Shown piece after piece: positions 40,934-51,119 of a stretch of DNA of 64,000 nt; the stretch's first letter is position 1, and every line of letters begins with the position of its first letter. The notes beneath the pieces are model-generated. The model was not told where the DNA came from, did not search any database, and saw only the letters and a list, made by a program, of their open reading frames with translations. The DNA lies in the NCBI GenBank assembly GCA_963821605.1, contig CAWGEZ010000059.1:41210-105209 (forward strand). The letters are read 5' to 3'. Origin of the DNA: an uncultured delta proteobacterium. Lineage in GTDB: Bacteria > Desulfobacterota > Syntrophorhabdia > Syntrophorhabdales > WCHB1-27. The position numbers and the translations under genes were made by a program.

Positions 40934-41804
40934 ATGTTCCTGCAGCAATTGGTCAACGGGATCATGCTGGGGAGTACCTATTCCCTGGTGGCCATTGGTT
41001 ACACTCTGATCTTCGGGGTGCTTAACCTCCTCCATTTTGCTCACGGGGAGGTCTTCATGCTGGGGGCTTTCTTTGGTCTTCAGATTGTCCTCGGTCTGAA
41101 GCTGGGGATTTTTGGGTGCATCATAGGGGCAATGATTGGCACGGCCCTTGTGGGGTTCTTGATCGAGAGGGTTGCCTTTCGACCAATAAAAAAAGAATAT
41201 TTCCTGGCACCCCTTATCGCCACTATCGGAATTACAATCATCCTCCAGGAGTTGGCTACAAAGATTTTTGGAAGCGAGCCCGTGGGATTTCCTCAGACAG
41301 TGGGGATCCGAAATTTTGAGCTGGGCCCTATAGGCATAAACAGCCTCCAAATCCTGATCCTGAGCATCGCCATATTTCTGATGGTGGTCCTCCATCTCTT
41401 TGTCTCTCGGACCAAGCTGGGCCGCGCGATGAGGGCGACGAGCGGAGAACGCGACCACGGCTCGGCTCCTGGGCGTGAAGGTTAATCGAATTGTGGGCCT
41501 GACCTTCATGATTGCCTCCGCCCTCGCGGGGGCGGCCGGTGTACTGGTTGGCATGATGTATAACACTATTTCTCCTTATATGGGCGCCCAAATGGCGGGA
41601 AAGGGATTCGCCATCATGCTGTTGGGCGGACTGGGAAACATACAGGGAGCGATGGTGGGAGGACTCATCCTGGGAGTGGCCGAGATCCTGAGCGTCGGGT
41701 ATCTGGCATCCTCGTACCGGGATGCCTTCGCTTTCGGTGTGATGATCCTCATCCTGATATTTAGACCGAGTGGGCTTTTTGGATCTCTTATCCACGAAGA
41801 CTGA
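40934..41804 (+). CDS. livH: branched-chain-type ABC permease LivH; frame switch near 41443
   Basis: MFLQQLVNGIMLGSTYSLVAIGYTLIFGVLNLLHFAHGEVFMLGAF, then ORF 41475-: GLTFMIASALAGAAGVLVG. Confidence 0.88.
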
Positions 41805-41824
41805 GGGTTGAAAGGAAAGGGCAG

Positions 41825-42670
41825 ATGATCTCACCTTTCGTCCAGACGATTCTGATCTTTGGAGGCATTAACGCCATTCTCGGTCTCAGCCTCTACTTGC
41901 CCTTCTCCGCTGGGCAGCTCTCTCTTGCCCAAGGGGGATTCATGGCCATTGGTGCCTATACCTCCGCGGTTCTAACCCGGAACTTCGGTATGCCGTTCGG
42001 CTTTGCGCTTCTTGGAGGAGCGGTTGTCTCTTCAGCTGTTGGAATCGGCGTTTGTTTCCCCGCCCTGAGGATCAAGGGCATCTACCTTCTTCTCATCACG
42101 CTGGGATTCAATGAGGTGATTCGAGTCTTCTTCCTCAACTTCAGGTATACAGGAGGCGTGGGAGGTTTCGGCGGTATTGCCCCTATGACGGATCTGTTCA
42201 ACCTTTACCTCGTGCTCATCCTTCTCATCGCTTTCTTTTATCGATTTCATAATTCACGTCTTGGAAGGGCGCTTCGCGCCATAAGCGAAGATCAGGATGC
42301 GGCCGAAGCCCGGGGAGTGTCACTTACCCGGATGAAGACGTTTGCCTTCGGAGGCGGTGCCTTTATCGCAGGGCTGGCAGGAGGGTTCTACGCTCATTTC
42401 GTGATGTTTATTCAATCTGAAAGCTTCGGCTTTTACAGGTCTCTCGAAGCAATGATCTTTGTCATCCTGGGGGGATCCCAGGTATTCTGGGGATCCATCG
42501 TGGGGGCTTACCTCGTGACCCTGATCCCCGAATCGTTCCGGTTTCTGCAAAAATTCAGGTTCGAATTCTTCGGTCTATGCCTCCTGGTCATGATGATCCT
42601 GAGGCCCATGGGGCTTCTTGACGAAGAGGTTTGCCGATGGTCGTGGTGGAAAAGAAAAGTTTTGGGGTAG
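41825..42670 (+). CDS. livM: branched-chain-type ABC permease LivM
   Basis: 281 aa, intact, multi-TM. LSLAQGGFMAIGAYTSAVL and RLGRALRAISEDQDAAEARGV. Confidence 0.88.
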   Translation: MISPFVQTILIFGGINAILGLSLYLPFSAGQLSLAQGGFMAIGAYTSAVLTRNFGMPFGFALLGGAVVSSAVGIGVCFPALRIKGIYLLLITLGFNEVIRVFFLNFRYTGGVGGFGGIAPMTDLFNLYLVLILLIAFFYRFHNSRLGRALRAISEDQDAAEARGVSLTRMKTFAFGGGAFIAGLAGGFYAHFVMFIQSESFGFYRSLEAMIFVILGGSQVFWGSIVGAYLVTLIPESFRFLQKFRFEFFGLCLLVMMILRPMGLLDEEVCRWSWWKRKVLG

Positions 42671-42679
42671 GCGATCGAA

Positions 42680-43462
42680 GTGAACCTGCGCAATGATCAC
42701 GTGTTGCTGGAGTTGCAGGGAGTCAGCAAGGCCTTCGGGGGCTTCTTTGCGGTCCATGGGTTTGACCTTGAGGTTCGGAAGGGAACGATCCACGCCGTTA
42801 TTGGACCTAATGGATCGGGGAAGACAACTCTGATCAATTTGGTGGGTGGGTTCTTACGGCCGACCTCAGGTTCCCTCTTCTTTAATGGTGTCAACCTCAA
42901 CCATGTGCGGACCGACCAGAGAACGGCAATGGGAATCAGCCGTACCTTTCAGAATATCCGCCTCTTCGGTCACATGACCACGCTGGACAATGTAATGGTG
43001 GCCAGGCACTGCCGGACCCGCTCGGGCCTGATACGGTTGATTCTGAAGCCTCCGTTGAAGCCCCTGAAAGAAGAGGAGGAGATACGGAGGAGGGCGTCGG
43101 AGATTCTCGAGTTTGTGGGAATCCTCCAGCGAAAGGATCTGAAGGCATCCAATCTTCCCTATGGCGAGCAACGTCTCCTCGAAATCGGACAGGCTCTGGC
43201 GACTGACCCTGAGTTGATCCTTCTGGACGAACCGGTGGCGGGTATGAATCCAAGTGAGAAGGAGTTTGTGAGGTCCCTGATCCAGCGCATAGCAGCCATG
43301 GGGATTACAATCCTCCTTATCGAACACGACATGAAAGTGGTGATGGGGGTCTCGGAGTGGGTCACTGTCATAAACTTCGGCAAAAAGATTGCCGAAGGGT
43401 TGCCGAGCGACATCCAGAGAGATCCCGCCGTCATCGAAGCCTATCTCGGGAGAGAGGAGTAA
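42680..43462 (+). CDS. livG: ABC ATPase LivG
   Basis: GPNGSGKTTLINL (Walker A), LPYGEQRLLEIGQAL, ELILLDEPVAGMNP, IEHDMKVVM. Confidence 0.92.
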   Translation: MNLRNDHVLLELQGVSKAFGGFFAVHGFDLEVRKGTIHAVIGPNGSGKTTLINLVGGFLRPTSGSLFFNGVNLNHVRTDQRTAMGISRTFQNIRLFGHMTTLDNVMVARHCRTRSGLIRLILKPPLKPLKEEEEIRRRASEILEFVGILQRKDLKASNLPYGEQRLLEIGQALATDPELILLDEPVAGMNPSEKEFVRSLIQRIAAMGITILLIEHDMKVVMGVSEWVTVINFGKKIAEGLPSDIQRDPAVIEAYLGREE

Positions 43463-43466
43463 TCCT

Positions 43467-44174
43467 GTGCTTATTGTCCAGGATCTCGTCACGCACTATG
43501 GGCAGATCAGGGCTCTGAACGGGGTCAGCATCCAGGTGAACAAGGGAGAGGTAGTCTGTCTCATCGGTGCCAACGGAGCGGGCAAGACAACCCTTCTCAA
43601 AAGCATCATGAATGTGGTTCCTCCCAGGATGGGGGAGGTACGGTTTCTCAATGAGCAAATGCGCGGCCTTCCAACCGAGACCATTGTCAAGAAAGGTATT
43701 ACCCTGGTCCAGGAAGGGCGCGGCCTCCTCAGACGGATGACCGTTTTGGAGAATGTGCTCATGGGCGCCTATACCGTGGAAAACAAGGATCAGATTCGCC
43801 AGGGACTGGAGCTTGTCTTCAAACTATTCCCCGTCCTTGAAAAGAGGCAAAGGCAGATGTCGGGGACGCTCAGCGGCGGCGAACAGCAGATGGTAGCTAT
43901 CGCGAGAGCGCTCATGGCCCAACCCGTCCTTCTCATGATGGATGAACCCTCGCTCGGCCTTGCGCCCCTCATGGTAAATGAGATCATCAACGTAATACGC
44001 AGTCTGCACCAGATGGGCTGCACCATCCTGCTGGTAGAACAAAACGCAAGAAAGGCCCTGCAAGCGAGCAACCGCGCCTATGTCCTTGAACTCGGAAAGG
44101 TCGTTCTGGAAGGCCCGTCCGCGGAACTTTTGAAGAGCGATGACGTGAGAAAAGTCTACCTGGGCGAAGAATAA
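43467..44174 (+). CDS. livF: ABC ATPase LivF
   Basis: GTG 43467. GANGAGKTTLLKS, LSGGEQQMVAIARAL, LLMMDEPSLGLAP, LVEQNARKAL. Confidence 0.92.
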   Translation: MLIVQDLVTHYGQIRALNGVSIQVNKGEVVCLIGANGAGKTTLLKSIMNVVPPRMGEVRFLNEQMRGLPTETIVKKGITLVQEGRGLLRRMTVLENVLMGAYTVENKDQIRQGLELVFKLFPVLEKRQRQMSGTLSGGEQQMVAIARALMAQPVLLMMDEPSLGLAPLMVNEIINVIRSLHQMGCTILLVEQNARKALQASNRAYVLELGKVVLEGPSAELLKSDDVRKVYLGEE

Positions 44175-44289
44175 GTCGAGCCCCTCCCTAATTGCATCGC
44201 GCACCCGCTGGGGCTCACGAAAAATCTTGACAAAGCGGCAAGATGTTGTAAGAATGGATGTTACCAAATGAGATTGTCATAATTAGCGT

Positions 44290-44307
44290 TATACATATAT
44301 ATGTATA
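44290..44307. promoter_or_regulatory. perfect 18-bp AT-rich palindrome upstream of the third XDH-family gene set (operator candidate)
   Basis: TATACATATATATGTATA equals its own reverse complement. It lies in the 275-nt AT-rich gap before GTG 44450. Confidence 0.3.
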
Positions 44308-44449
44308 TGAAATTACACGCGAATGATATTCTGAAAATACAAATATCACAGCGAATATGGAGATGAGTCATAAAATAGTCAAAGGCATGTCGCGGTATGG
44401 CTCTTAAGCCTTACGTTTGCGTGCTGTCAACTAACTATGAGGCAGATGT

Positions 44450-45324
44450 GTGATGTGGGATGAATATGTTATCCCGAAGTCGGTTGAGGAGGCCCTGCAG
44501 ATACTGCAATCCCGTGAGGGCGAAGCGCGGATAATAGCCGGAGGCACTGACCTGGTTCCTGAGCTGAAGGATGGGGCCAAAAACGTAAGATGCCTGGTAG
44601 ACATCAGCGAAATCGAGTCCCTCAGGAAGATCGAGCTTGATGGTGACCTGATCAGGCTTGGGGCAGGAGTCACTCACACTCAGGTGGCTTCTTCGGAGCT
44701 GATCCGGGAGCAGGCGAGCCTCCTGGGTGAAGCCTCGGCAGCCGTGGGTTCACCCTTGATACGAAACCAGGGAACAGTCGTGGGGAATGTGGTAAAGCGT
44801 CAGCCGGCGGCTGACACGGCTGTCGCACTCTTCTCCCTGTGTGCTGAAGTGGAGATTCTCTCAGGCAAAGGCACAAGGCGAGTTCCTATTGGGCAGACGT
44901 ACGAGAAGCTGGGCGTATCAAGGATAAATAGCGCGTCGGAGATCGTGACCGCCCTTGTACATCAAAAGCCTTCGCAAAGATCAAGGATCTGCCTTTGTTC
45001 GCCTGGCCCAGCGCAAGGCCTTGGCTTTACCCATGCTGAACGTGGCGGTTGTGGTGACTGTAAAGGATGGCCGCTTCGAAGACGCGAGGATAGCGATCGG
45101 TCCCGTGGCGCTGTTGCCGTTCCGTTCGAAACGTGCAGAGGTGACATTGAAGCATGCCGCCACGGATTCGGGATCGGATCGATAGAGCAGCAGAGGCTGC
45201 GGCCTTGGAGGCCCAGCCCAGAGACAGTGCTTTGAGGGGTTCGGCAGAGTACCGCCGGGAGATGGTCAAAGTATTCGTCCGGCGGGCGGTCGGACGGGCG
45301 TTGCAAAGGGCGGAACAGAAGTAA
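44450..45324 (+). pseudogene. FAD-binding subunit of the third XDH-family set; at least 3 frame switches
   Basis: IIAGGTDLVPELK and RNQGTVVGNV in ORF 44450-. LAQRKALALPMLNVAVVVTVKDGRFEDARIAIGPVA in ORF 44955-. Tail SAEYRREMVKVFVRRAVGRALQRAEQK* in a third frame. Confidence 0.75.
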
Positions 45325-45337
45325 AAAGGGGATAATA

Positions 45338-45812
45338 GTGGCTGAGGTGCTGCTCACTATGACCGTCAACGGCGAGGCAGTAAAGCTGGCTGTTGAACCA
45401 TCGGCGATGCTTGTTGACGTGCTGCGCGGCAGATTGGGCCTCATTGGCGTCAAGGAGGCGTGCGGCAAGGGAGAATGCGGTGCCTGCACGGTGTTGCTGG
45501 ATGGCAGGCCCATCCCTTCGTGTATCACTCCGGCCATGAAGGCACTCAATAAGAACGTATTGACCATTGAGGGACGTGGGGAGTCCCGGCAAGCTCCATC
45601 CGATACAAGAGGCCTTCATTGACCACGGGGCAGTGCAGTGCGGCTTCTGTACGCCGGGGATGATACTTTCGGCCAAGGCATTGCTGGACGAATATCCGCG
45701 TCCCACTGAAGAGGAGGTCAGGGTCGCGATATCGGGCAATCTCTGTCGGTGCACCGGCTATGTGAAAATTGTCGAGGCCGTACTCTCTGCGGCTGAAAGG
45801 ATGGGGAAATAG
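45338..45812 (+). CDS. [2Fe-2S] small subunit of the third XDH-family set; one frame switch near 45580
   Basis: ACGKGECGACTVLLDGRPIPSC in ORF 45338-. QCGFCTPGMILSAKALL and GNLCRCTGYVKIVEAV in ORF 45567-45812. Confidence 0.8.
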
Positions 45813-45816
45813 ACAG

Positions 45817-48048
45817 ATGCAGGAATACACTATCGTCGGCAAGCGCCTGCCTTTACTGGATGCCGTTGAAAAGACGATGGGGCGGGCGGTGTTTACGGTA
45901 GATATGGAGCTCCCGGGCATGCTGCACGCCAGGATTCTCAGAAGCCCCCATGCACATGCCCGGGTCCTTCACGTCGACACGAGCCGAGCCGAGCGGCTGG
46001 CCGGCGTGAAGGTGGTGCTCAGTAAAAATAATCGCACCGCGAACGAGGGTACCTGCAACGCTTGGCGGGCCGAAAGAAAAAGTTGCTTTTGATGAAAAGG
46101 TTCGATACGTGGGGGACGGATGGCAGCTGTGGCTGCCGTCAGTAAGGAGCATGGACTAACTGGCATTGAGATTGATCAAAGTGGACTATGAAGTGTTGCC
46201 CGCCATCTTTGACCCGGAGGAACGACTGAAACCGGGAATCATCCACTGATTCACGAGGATAAGGAGCGGGACATCGCTGCGCTGTCTGAGGCGAAGGTCG
46301 GTGATACGGAAGTTGGTTTTCGGAAGCGGATTACGTCTTAGAAGAGACCTTCAGGACATGCCGGGCCAGTGAGCGACATGCCAGCCTGGAGACACACGCC
46401 TCTATCGCGAGCTTTGATGTGTCCGGAAGCTCACCGTCTGGTCATCGACTCAACTGCCCTTTCACATCCAGAGACTGCTCGCCGAGTACCTGGATATGCC
46501 CATGTCCAAAGTGAGGGTGGTAAAGCCTTATCTCGGCGGGGTTTCGGCGGCAAGACTCCATATGGTGGTGGAACATATCTCGAGCCGGCTCCTGTGCAGG
46601 ATGACGCAGCGATCGGTCAGGTTGGTATTGGATCGCGAGGAGGAATTCTCGGCGACTATTGTCGCCACGCGTTTATCATCAAATTAAAAGTCGGCGCCGC
46701 AAGGGACGGCACGCTCACGGGCCTAGAGGCCTAGCTCTCACTAATCCGGAGCATACCGTCCGTCACCGGTCCTTGGGCTGGTGGGGGAAGGGTTGGTCAG
46801 GGGCTACCGCTGCCCTAACCTGGAAATTCCAGGGGCAGTCTGTATGCACCGAACCTCACCCCCGCGGGGTGGTTTCCGCGGTTACGGCAATACGCAGGCG
46901 CACTTTGCGATAGATCGATGGTGGAGTGGTAAAGCCCGGAGGCTCGCCATTGATCCAATAGATTGAGATTGAAGAACTACAAAAAGATGGGCGATGTCGG
47001 CCATGCAAATACGCTCATCACAAGTTCCCGACTGGAAGACTGCTTGAGGATCGGGGCGGAGAAGATCGGTTGGGGAGTGAGAGATGAACAGGCTGTGGGT
47101 GCATAGAAGTGGGGCGAGGGGGTGGCTTGCTTACCCATAGAACGGGACGGGCCCGCGCCTTGGGTTGCCGGATTATTCGGCGGCTTGTCAAGCTTAACGC
47201 AGAATGGCACCGCTCACCTGTTCACGGGCGCTGGCCCACCTGGGAACCGACTGTCGTACCACGTTGGCGCAAGATGGCTGCTGAAGAATTGGGACTGAGT
47301 TTAATGAGGTAGAACGTCGTCGCTGCCGATACAGATGCAACTCCCGGTGAATGAGGGCCTTTGCGAGCGGGACCCTTTATGTCACAGGCGGTGCGGTAAA
47401 AACGACAGCTGCGATGCCGAACGGCAGCTCCTTTCTTATGCGGGGAGGAGACTGCACGTAGCCCCGAAAATTTGGAGGCCAGGAATCGAAAATTTTCGAG
47501 AAAGGGATTCCTGAGAAACGGTTAACCATTCGTGAAGTGGCCATGGAGGCGAGTCAGGCCAGAGAGGGCGCCAAGGCTTTTCTGGGAGAGGCCAGGTTCG
47601 AAAACCCTGCGGCGGCGCATTCTTTTGGGGCCCATTTTTCAGAAGTGGAAGTGGACACGGAGACCGGACAGGTTGAAGTGGTGAAGATGGTGGCGGTTCA
47701 TGACATCGGCAAGAGTTATGGAATCCCATGGTGGTGGAAGGCCGGATAGAGGGGGCCGTACAACAAGGCATCGGGTATGCGTGACGGAAAATAGTGTAGT
47801 CGACGCCAGATCGGCAAGATGCTCGACGCTGACTTTGCCAACTACATGGTATTGACGGCTATGGATATGCCAGGAGTCGAAGTCGGCCTGGTGGAGCCCA
47901 TCGACCCAACCGGTCCGTTCGGTGCGAAGGAGTGGGCGAGCCCTCGACTCTGGGGGTTGCTCCCGCCATAGCCAACGCCATTTATGATGCGATCGGGATC
48001 AGGTTTACTGAAATTCCCATGACACCGGAGAAGGTGTTCGGGTTATGA
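45817..48048 (+). pseudogene. molybdopterin-binding large subunit of the third XDH-family set; 10 or more frame switches
   Basis: Starts MQEYTIVGKRLPLLDAVEKTMGRAVFTVDMELPGMLHARILRSPHAHARVL and ends ...APAIANAIYDAIGIRFTEIPMTPEKVFGL*. In between, recognisable blocks (VRYVGD, AAVAAVS, IKVDYEVLPAIFDPEE, FSEVEVDTETGQVEVVKMVAVHD) hop between frames every 40-300 nt. Confidence 0.8.
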
Positions 48049-48113
48049 GGCGCGGTGAGAGCTGGAGGAGGCTTTGCCGCTCCGGAGAAACGCAAAAAAT
48101 GAGGGGGGACTAA

Positions 48114-49105
48114 ATGAGACATTAGAAAGATCGGACATTACATTTTTACGTGACATCATTTTCATGTTGAGTGGCGCGTCTTTCTGTTGGGCTTCGGATG
48201 CGTATCCCAACAAGGCGATTCGAGCTTGTTTGTCCTTTTGCGCCAGGGGGTGATTCGGATCTCAGCGCCCGGATTGTGCGGAAAAGCTCCAGGAAATCCT
48301 CGGGGCCAGCCCGGTATTGATAGTGAACAAGCCTGGAGCAGGATCGGCCTTGGGGATAGATTTCGTCATGAGTTCCAAGAACCGGAGCGGTTACACGTTA
48401 CTGACGGGCTTCGGCCCCATGGTGTTCCTCCCTTCCCATTATCACGCCGCAGTTGCCCTTCGAAGTGGAAGACTTGGTGCCGGTCGGCAGGTTCGCTACT
48501 TACAACGACGTCGTCGCGGTCAGCAAAGAGTCTGCCCGGTAAAGAATATGGCCGAGTTCATAGCGTATGCGAAGGCCAAACCCAACACTCTTTCTTATAG
48601 TTCTGGCGGTGTCGGGACGACGGGTGACTTCATCGGAGAACTGATCAATATGGAAACCAAATCGGATTTGCCGCACCATCCCTTACAATGGCGTAGCCCC
48701 GGCTATAACGACTGTGTGGGAAACCGCGCCTAGGCTTGCTTTATTCAGTTTTTCCGCATGACCTCACATTAAGTGGGCGCCGTAAAGGCCCTTGCCGTAC
48801 TGTCCACCAAGCGCGATCCCGAAGTCCCGCAGGTGCCCACGACCGGGGAGGAAGGCTTCGGCAGCCTGATCGCCCCTTCGTATCACATCATCTACGCACC
48901 CGCAAAGATTCCGGCACCGGTTTTAAAAAAATCGGAATCGAGCTTTGGAAAAAGCGCTCGATGACAAAGAGGTGCGCAAGAAGATCGAGGAATTCGGCTA
49001 CAAACACCTACCTTCCTGAACTCTCAAGAGTTCAAAAAAGTTCTCGATAGTGAATCCAAGAAATGGTCGGTCGTGGCTAAAAAGGCCAACATAGTTGTGA
49101 AGTAA
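48114..49105 (+). pseudogene. tctC: TctC (Bug-family) tricarboxylate-type binding protein; 5 or more frame switches or stops
   Basis: Fragments AYPNKAIR, PFAPGGDSDLSARIV, LIVNKPGAGSALGIDFVMSSK and MAEFIAYAKAKPNTLSYSSGGVGTTGDFIGEL lie in different frames. Followed by tctB and tctA. The start is approximate. Confidence 0.7.
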
Positions 49106-49115
49106 GGAAGAGTGT

Positions 49116-49551
49116 GTGGAAAGGGTAAACGGCCTGGTAGTCTTCTTTCTTGGAGCCGCCATCTTCTGGTTCGGAAGAGGCCTGTCCATCGGCACTCTGC
49201 GTGCGCCGGGTCCGGGATTTTTTCCCATTTTGATTGCTGCGGTGCTGGTGGTTCTCTCCCTGTTCTTGATGATAGGAGGGGAAGAGGGAGAGCGAGGAAG
49301 ATGCTGTCTCGGCCCCAGCCATTATCAGGATGCTTGTACTCTTTGCCGCACTGGTGGCCTATTTCCTGTTGCTGGAATACCTGGGCTTTGTTGTCGTCAG
49401 CTTTCTCCTGATGTTTTTCCTATTTCTGTGGGTAGGCCGTCAGAGATGGTATGTAGCCTTTCTGTCGGCTGTGATCTGCATCGGTTTGGCATATGTCCTC
49501 TTCGAGATGCTTTTGAAGAGTAATCTTCCAAGAGGCGTGTTCGGGTTCTGA
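49116..49551 (+). CDS. tctB: TctB small membrane subunit of a tripartite tricarboxylate transporter; one frame switch near 49300
   Basis: MERVNGLVVFFLGAAIFWFGRGLSIGTLRAPGPGFFPILIAAVLVVLSLFLM, then ORF 49330-49551 with hydrophobic helices. Position between tctC and tctA. Confidence 0.7.
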
Positions 49552-49553
49552 CG

Positions 49554-51062
49554 ATGGAATTGCTGCATAACCTATATCTCGGCTTCAGCGTTGCCCTGCT
49601 CCCCGTGAACCTTCTCTTCTGCTTCATAGGCGTCTTCCTGGACGCTGGTTGGGGTCCTGCCCGGGTTGGGCCCGGCCGCAACGATCGCCCTCCTGCTGCC
49701 CATTACGTTCAGTCTGCGACCGGAAGCAGCAATCATAATGATCGCAGGTATCTATTATGGGGCGCAGTATGGCGGCTCCACTACCTCTATACTCGTCAAC
49801 ATTCCCGGGGAGGCCTCCTCGGTAGTGACCTGCCTCGACGGATATAAGATGGCCCGTCAAGGTCGGGCTGGACCTGCGCTCGGGATCTCTGCATTCGGTT
49901 CCTTTATCGGCGGCACGTTGAGCGTCATCGGCCTGATGCTTCTGGGACCGGTCCTTGCCGGCTTTGCCCTTCAGTTCGGCCCGCCAGAATATTTTGCGCT
50001 CATGTTTCTCGGCATCGTCATTCTGACCTTCCTCTCAAAGGGATCGATGGTGAAATGCTTCATTTCAGCGGGGCTCGGACTCTTCATAGGAACAATCGGT
50101 ATCGACACCATTTACGGGGTTCAGCGCTTCACCTACGGCACGCTTACCCTTATGGATGGCGTCGGGCTAGTCCCTGTAGCGATGGGATTGTTTGGCATTG
50201 CCGAGGTGTTTGTCAACATTGAGCAACCAGAAATCCGGGACGTGTTCAAGAGTAAGATCAAGGGCTTGCTGCCGACACGAAAGGATTGGGCTGAATCGCT
50301 CGGCCCCATCATGAGAGGTTCAGTCATGGGGTTCTTCCTGGGGATTCTCCCGGGAGGCGGGGCCATCATGGCTTCGTTTGCTTCTTACGCAACGGAAAAA
50401 CGTATTTCCCGCCATCCGGAATCTTTCGGGAATGGAGCCATTGCGGGAGTTGCCGGTCCCGAAACTGCCAACAACGCCGCAACCGGCGGCGCGATGATCC
50501 CGCTCCTTTCTCTGGGCATTTGCCCAACGTCATCATGGCCCTCTTGATTCGCGCCATGATGATCCATGGGATCAAGCCTAGCTGCTTTCTGGTACAGGAA
50601 AATCCGCAGGTATTCTGGGGCGTGATCACCTCCATGTACGTGGGAAATGCCATCCTTCTGGTCCTGAACCTTCCGTTGATCCCGCTCTGGGTCAAGCTTC
50701 TCAAAATCCCATACGGGATACTCTTCCCGCTGATCCTGCTTTTCTGTCTAATCGGAGTCTACACGGTAAACAATAATGCGTACGAAGTGCTCATCATGCT
50801 CATATTCGGGGCAGTGGGGTACCTGATGCGAAAGACGGGATTCGAACCGGCCCCTCTTGTATTTGCCATGGTCATCGGCCCCATCATGGAGACTGCACTT
50901 CGCCAGTCGCTGCTCCAGTCGCGAGGTCAGTTCAGCATTTTTTTCACCCGCCCCATTTCGGCTATATTACTTGTCGTCGCTGCTTTCCTTCTGATCAGCC
51001 CTCTTGTTCCCGGCGTGGGGAGACAGAGGGAAACGATTGTGAAAGAGGCATCGGATGACTGA
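49554..51062 (+). CDS. tctA: TctA large permease of a tripartite tricarboxylate transporter; frame switches near 49640 and 50520
   Basis: Pieces 49554-, 49666-50547 and 50520-51062. GIYYGAQYGGSTTSILVNIPGEASSVVT, GILPGGGAIMASFASYATEK, GVAGPETANNAATGGAMIPLLSLGI. Confidence 0.85.
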
Positions 51063-51119
51063 GCAAAATCCCAAACTTTGGAACAACGATCAATCGAATC
51101 GGATAGAGGAGGAAGAATA

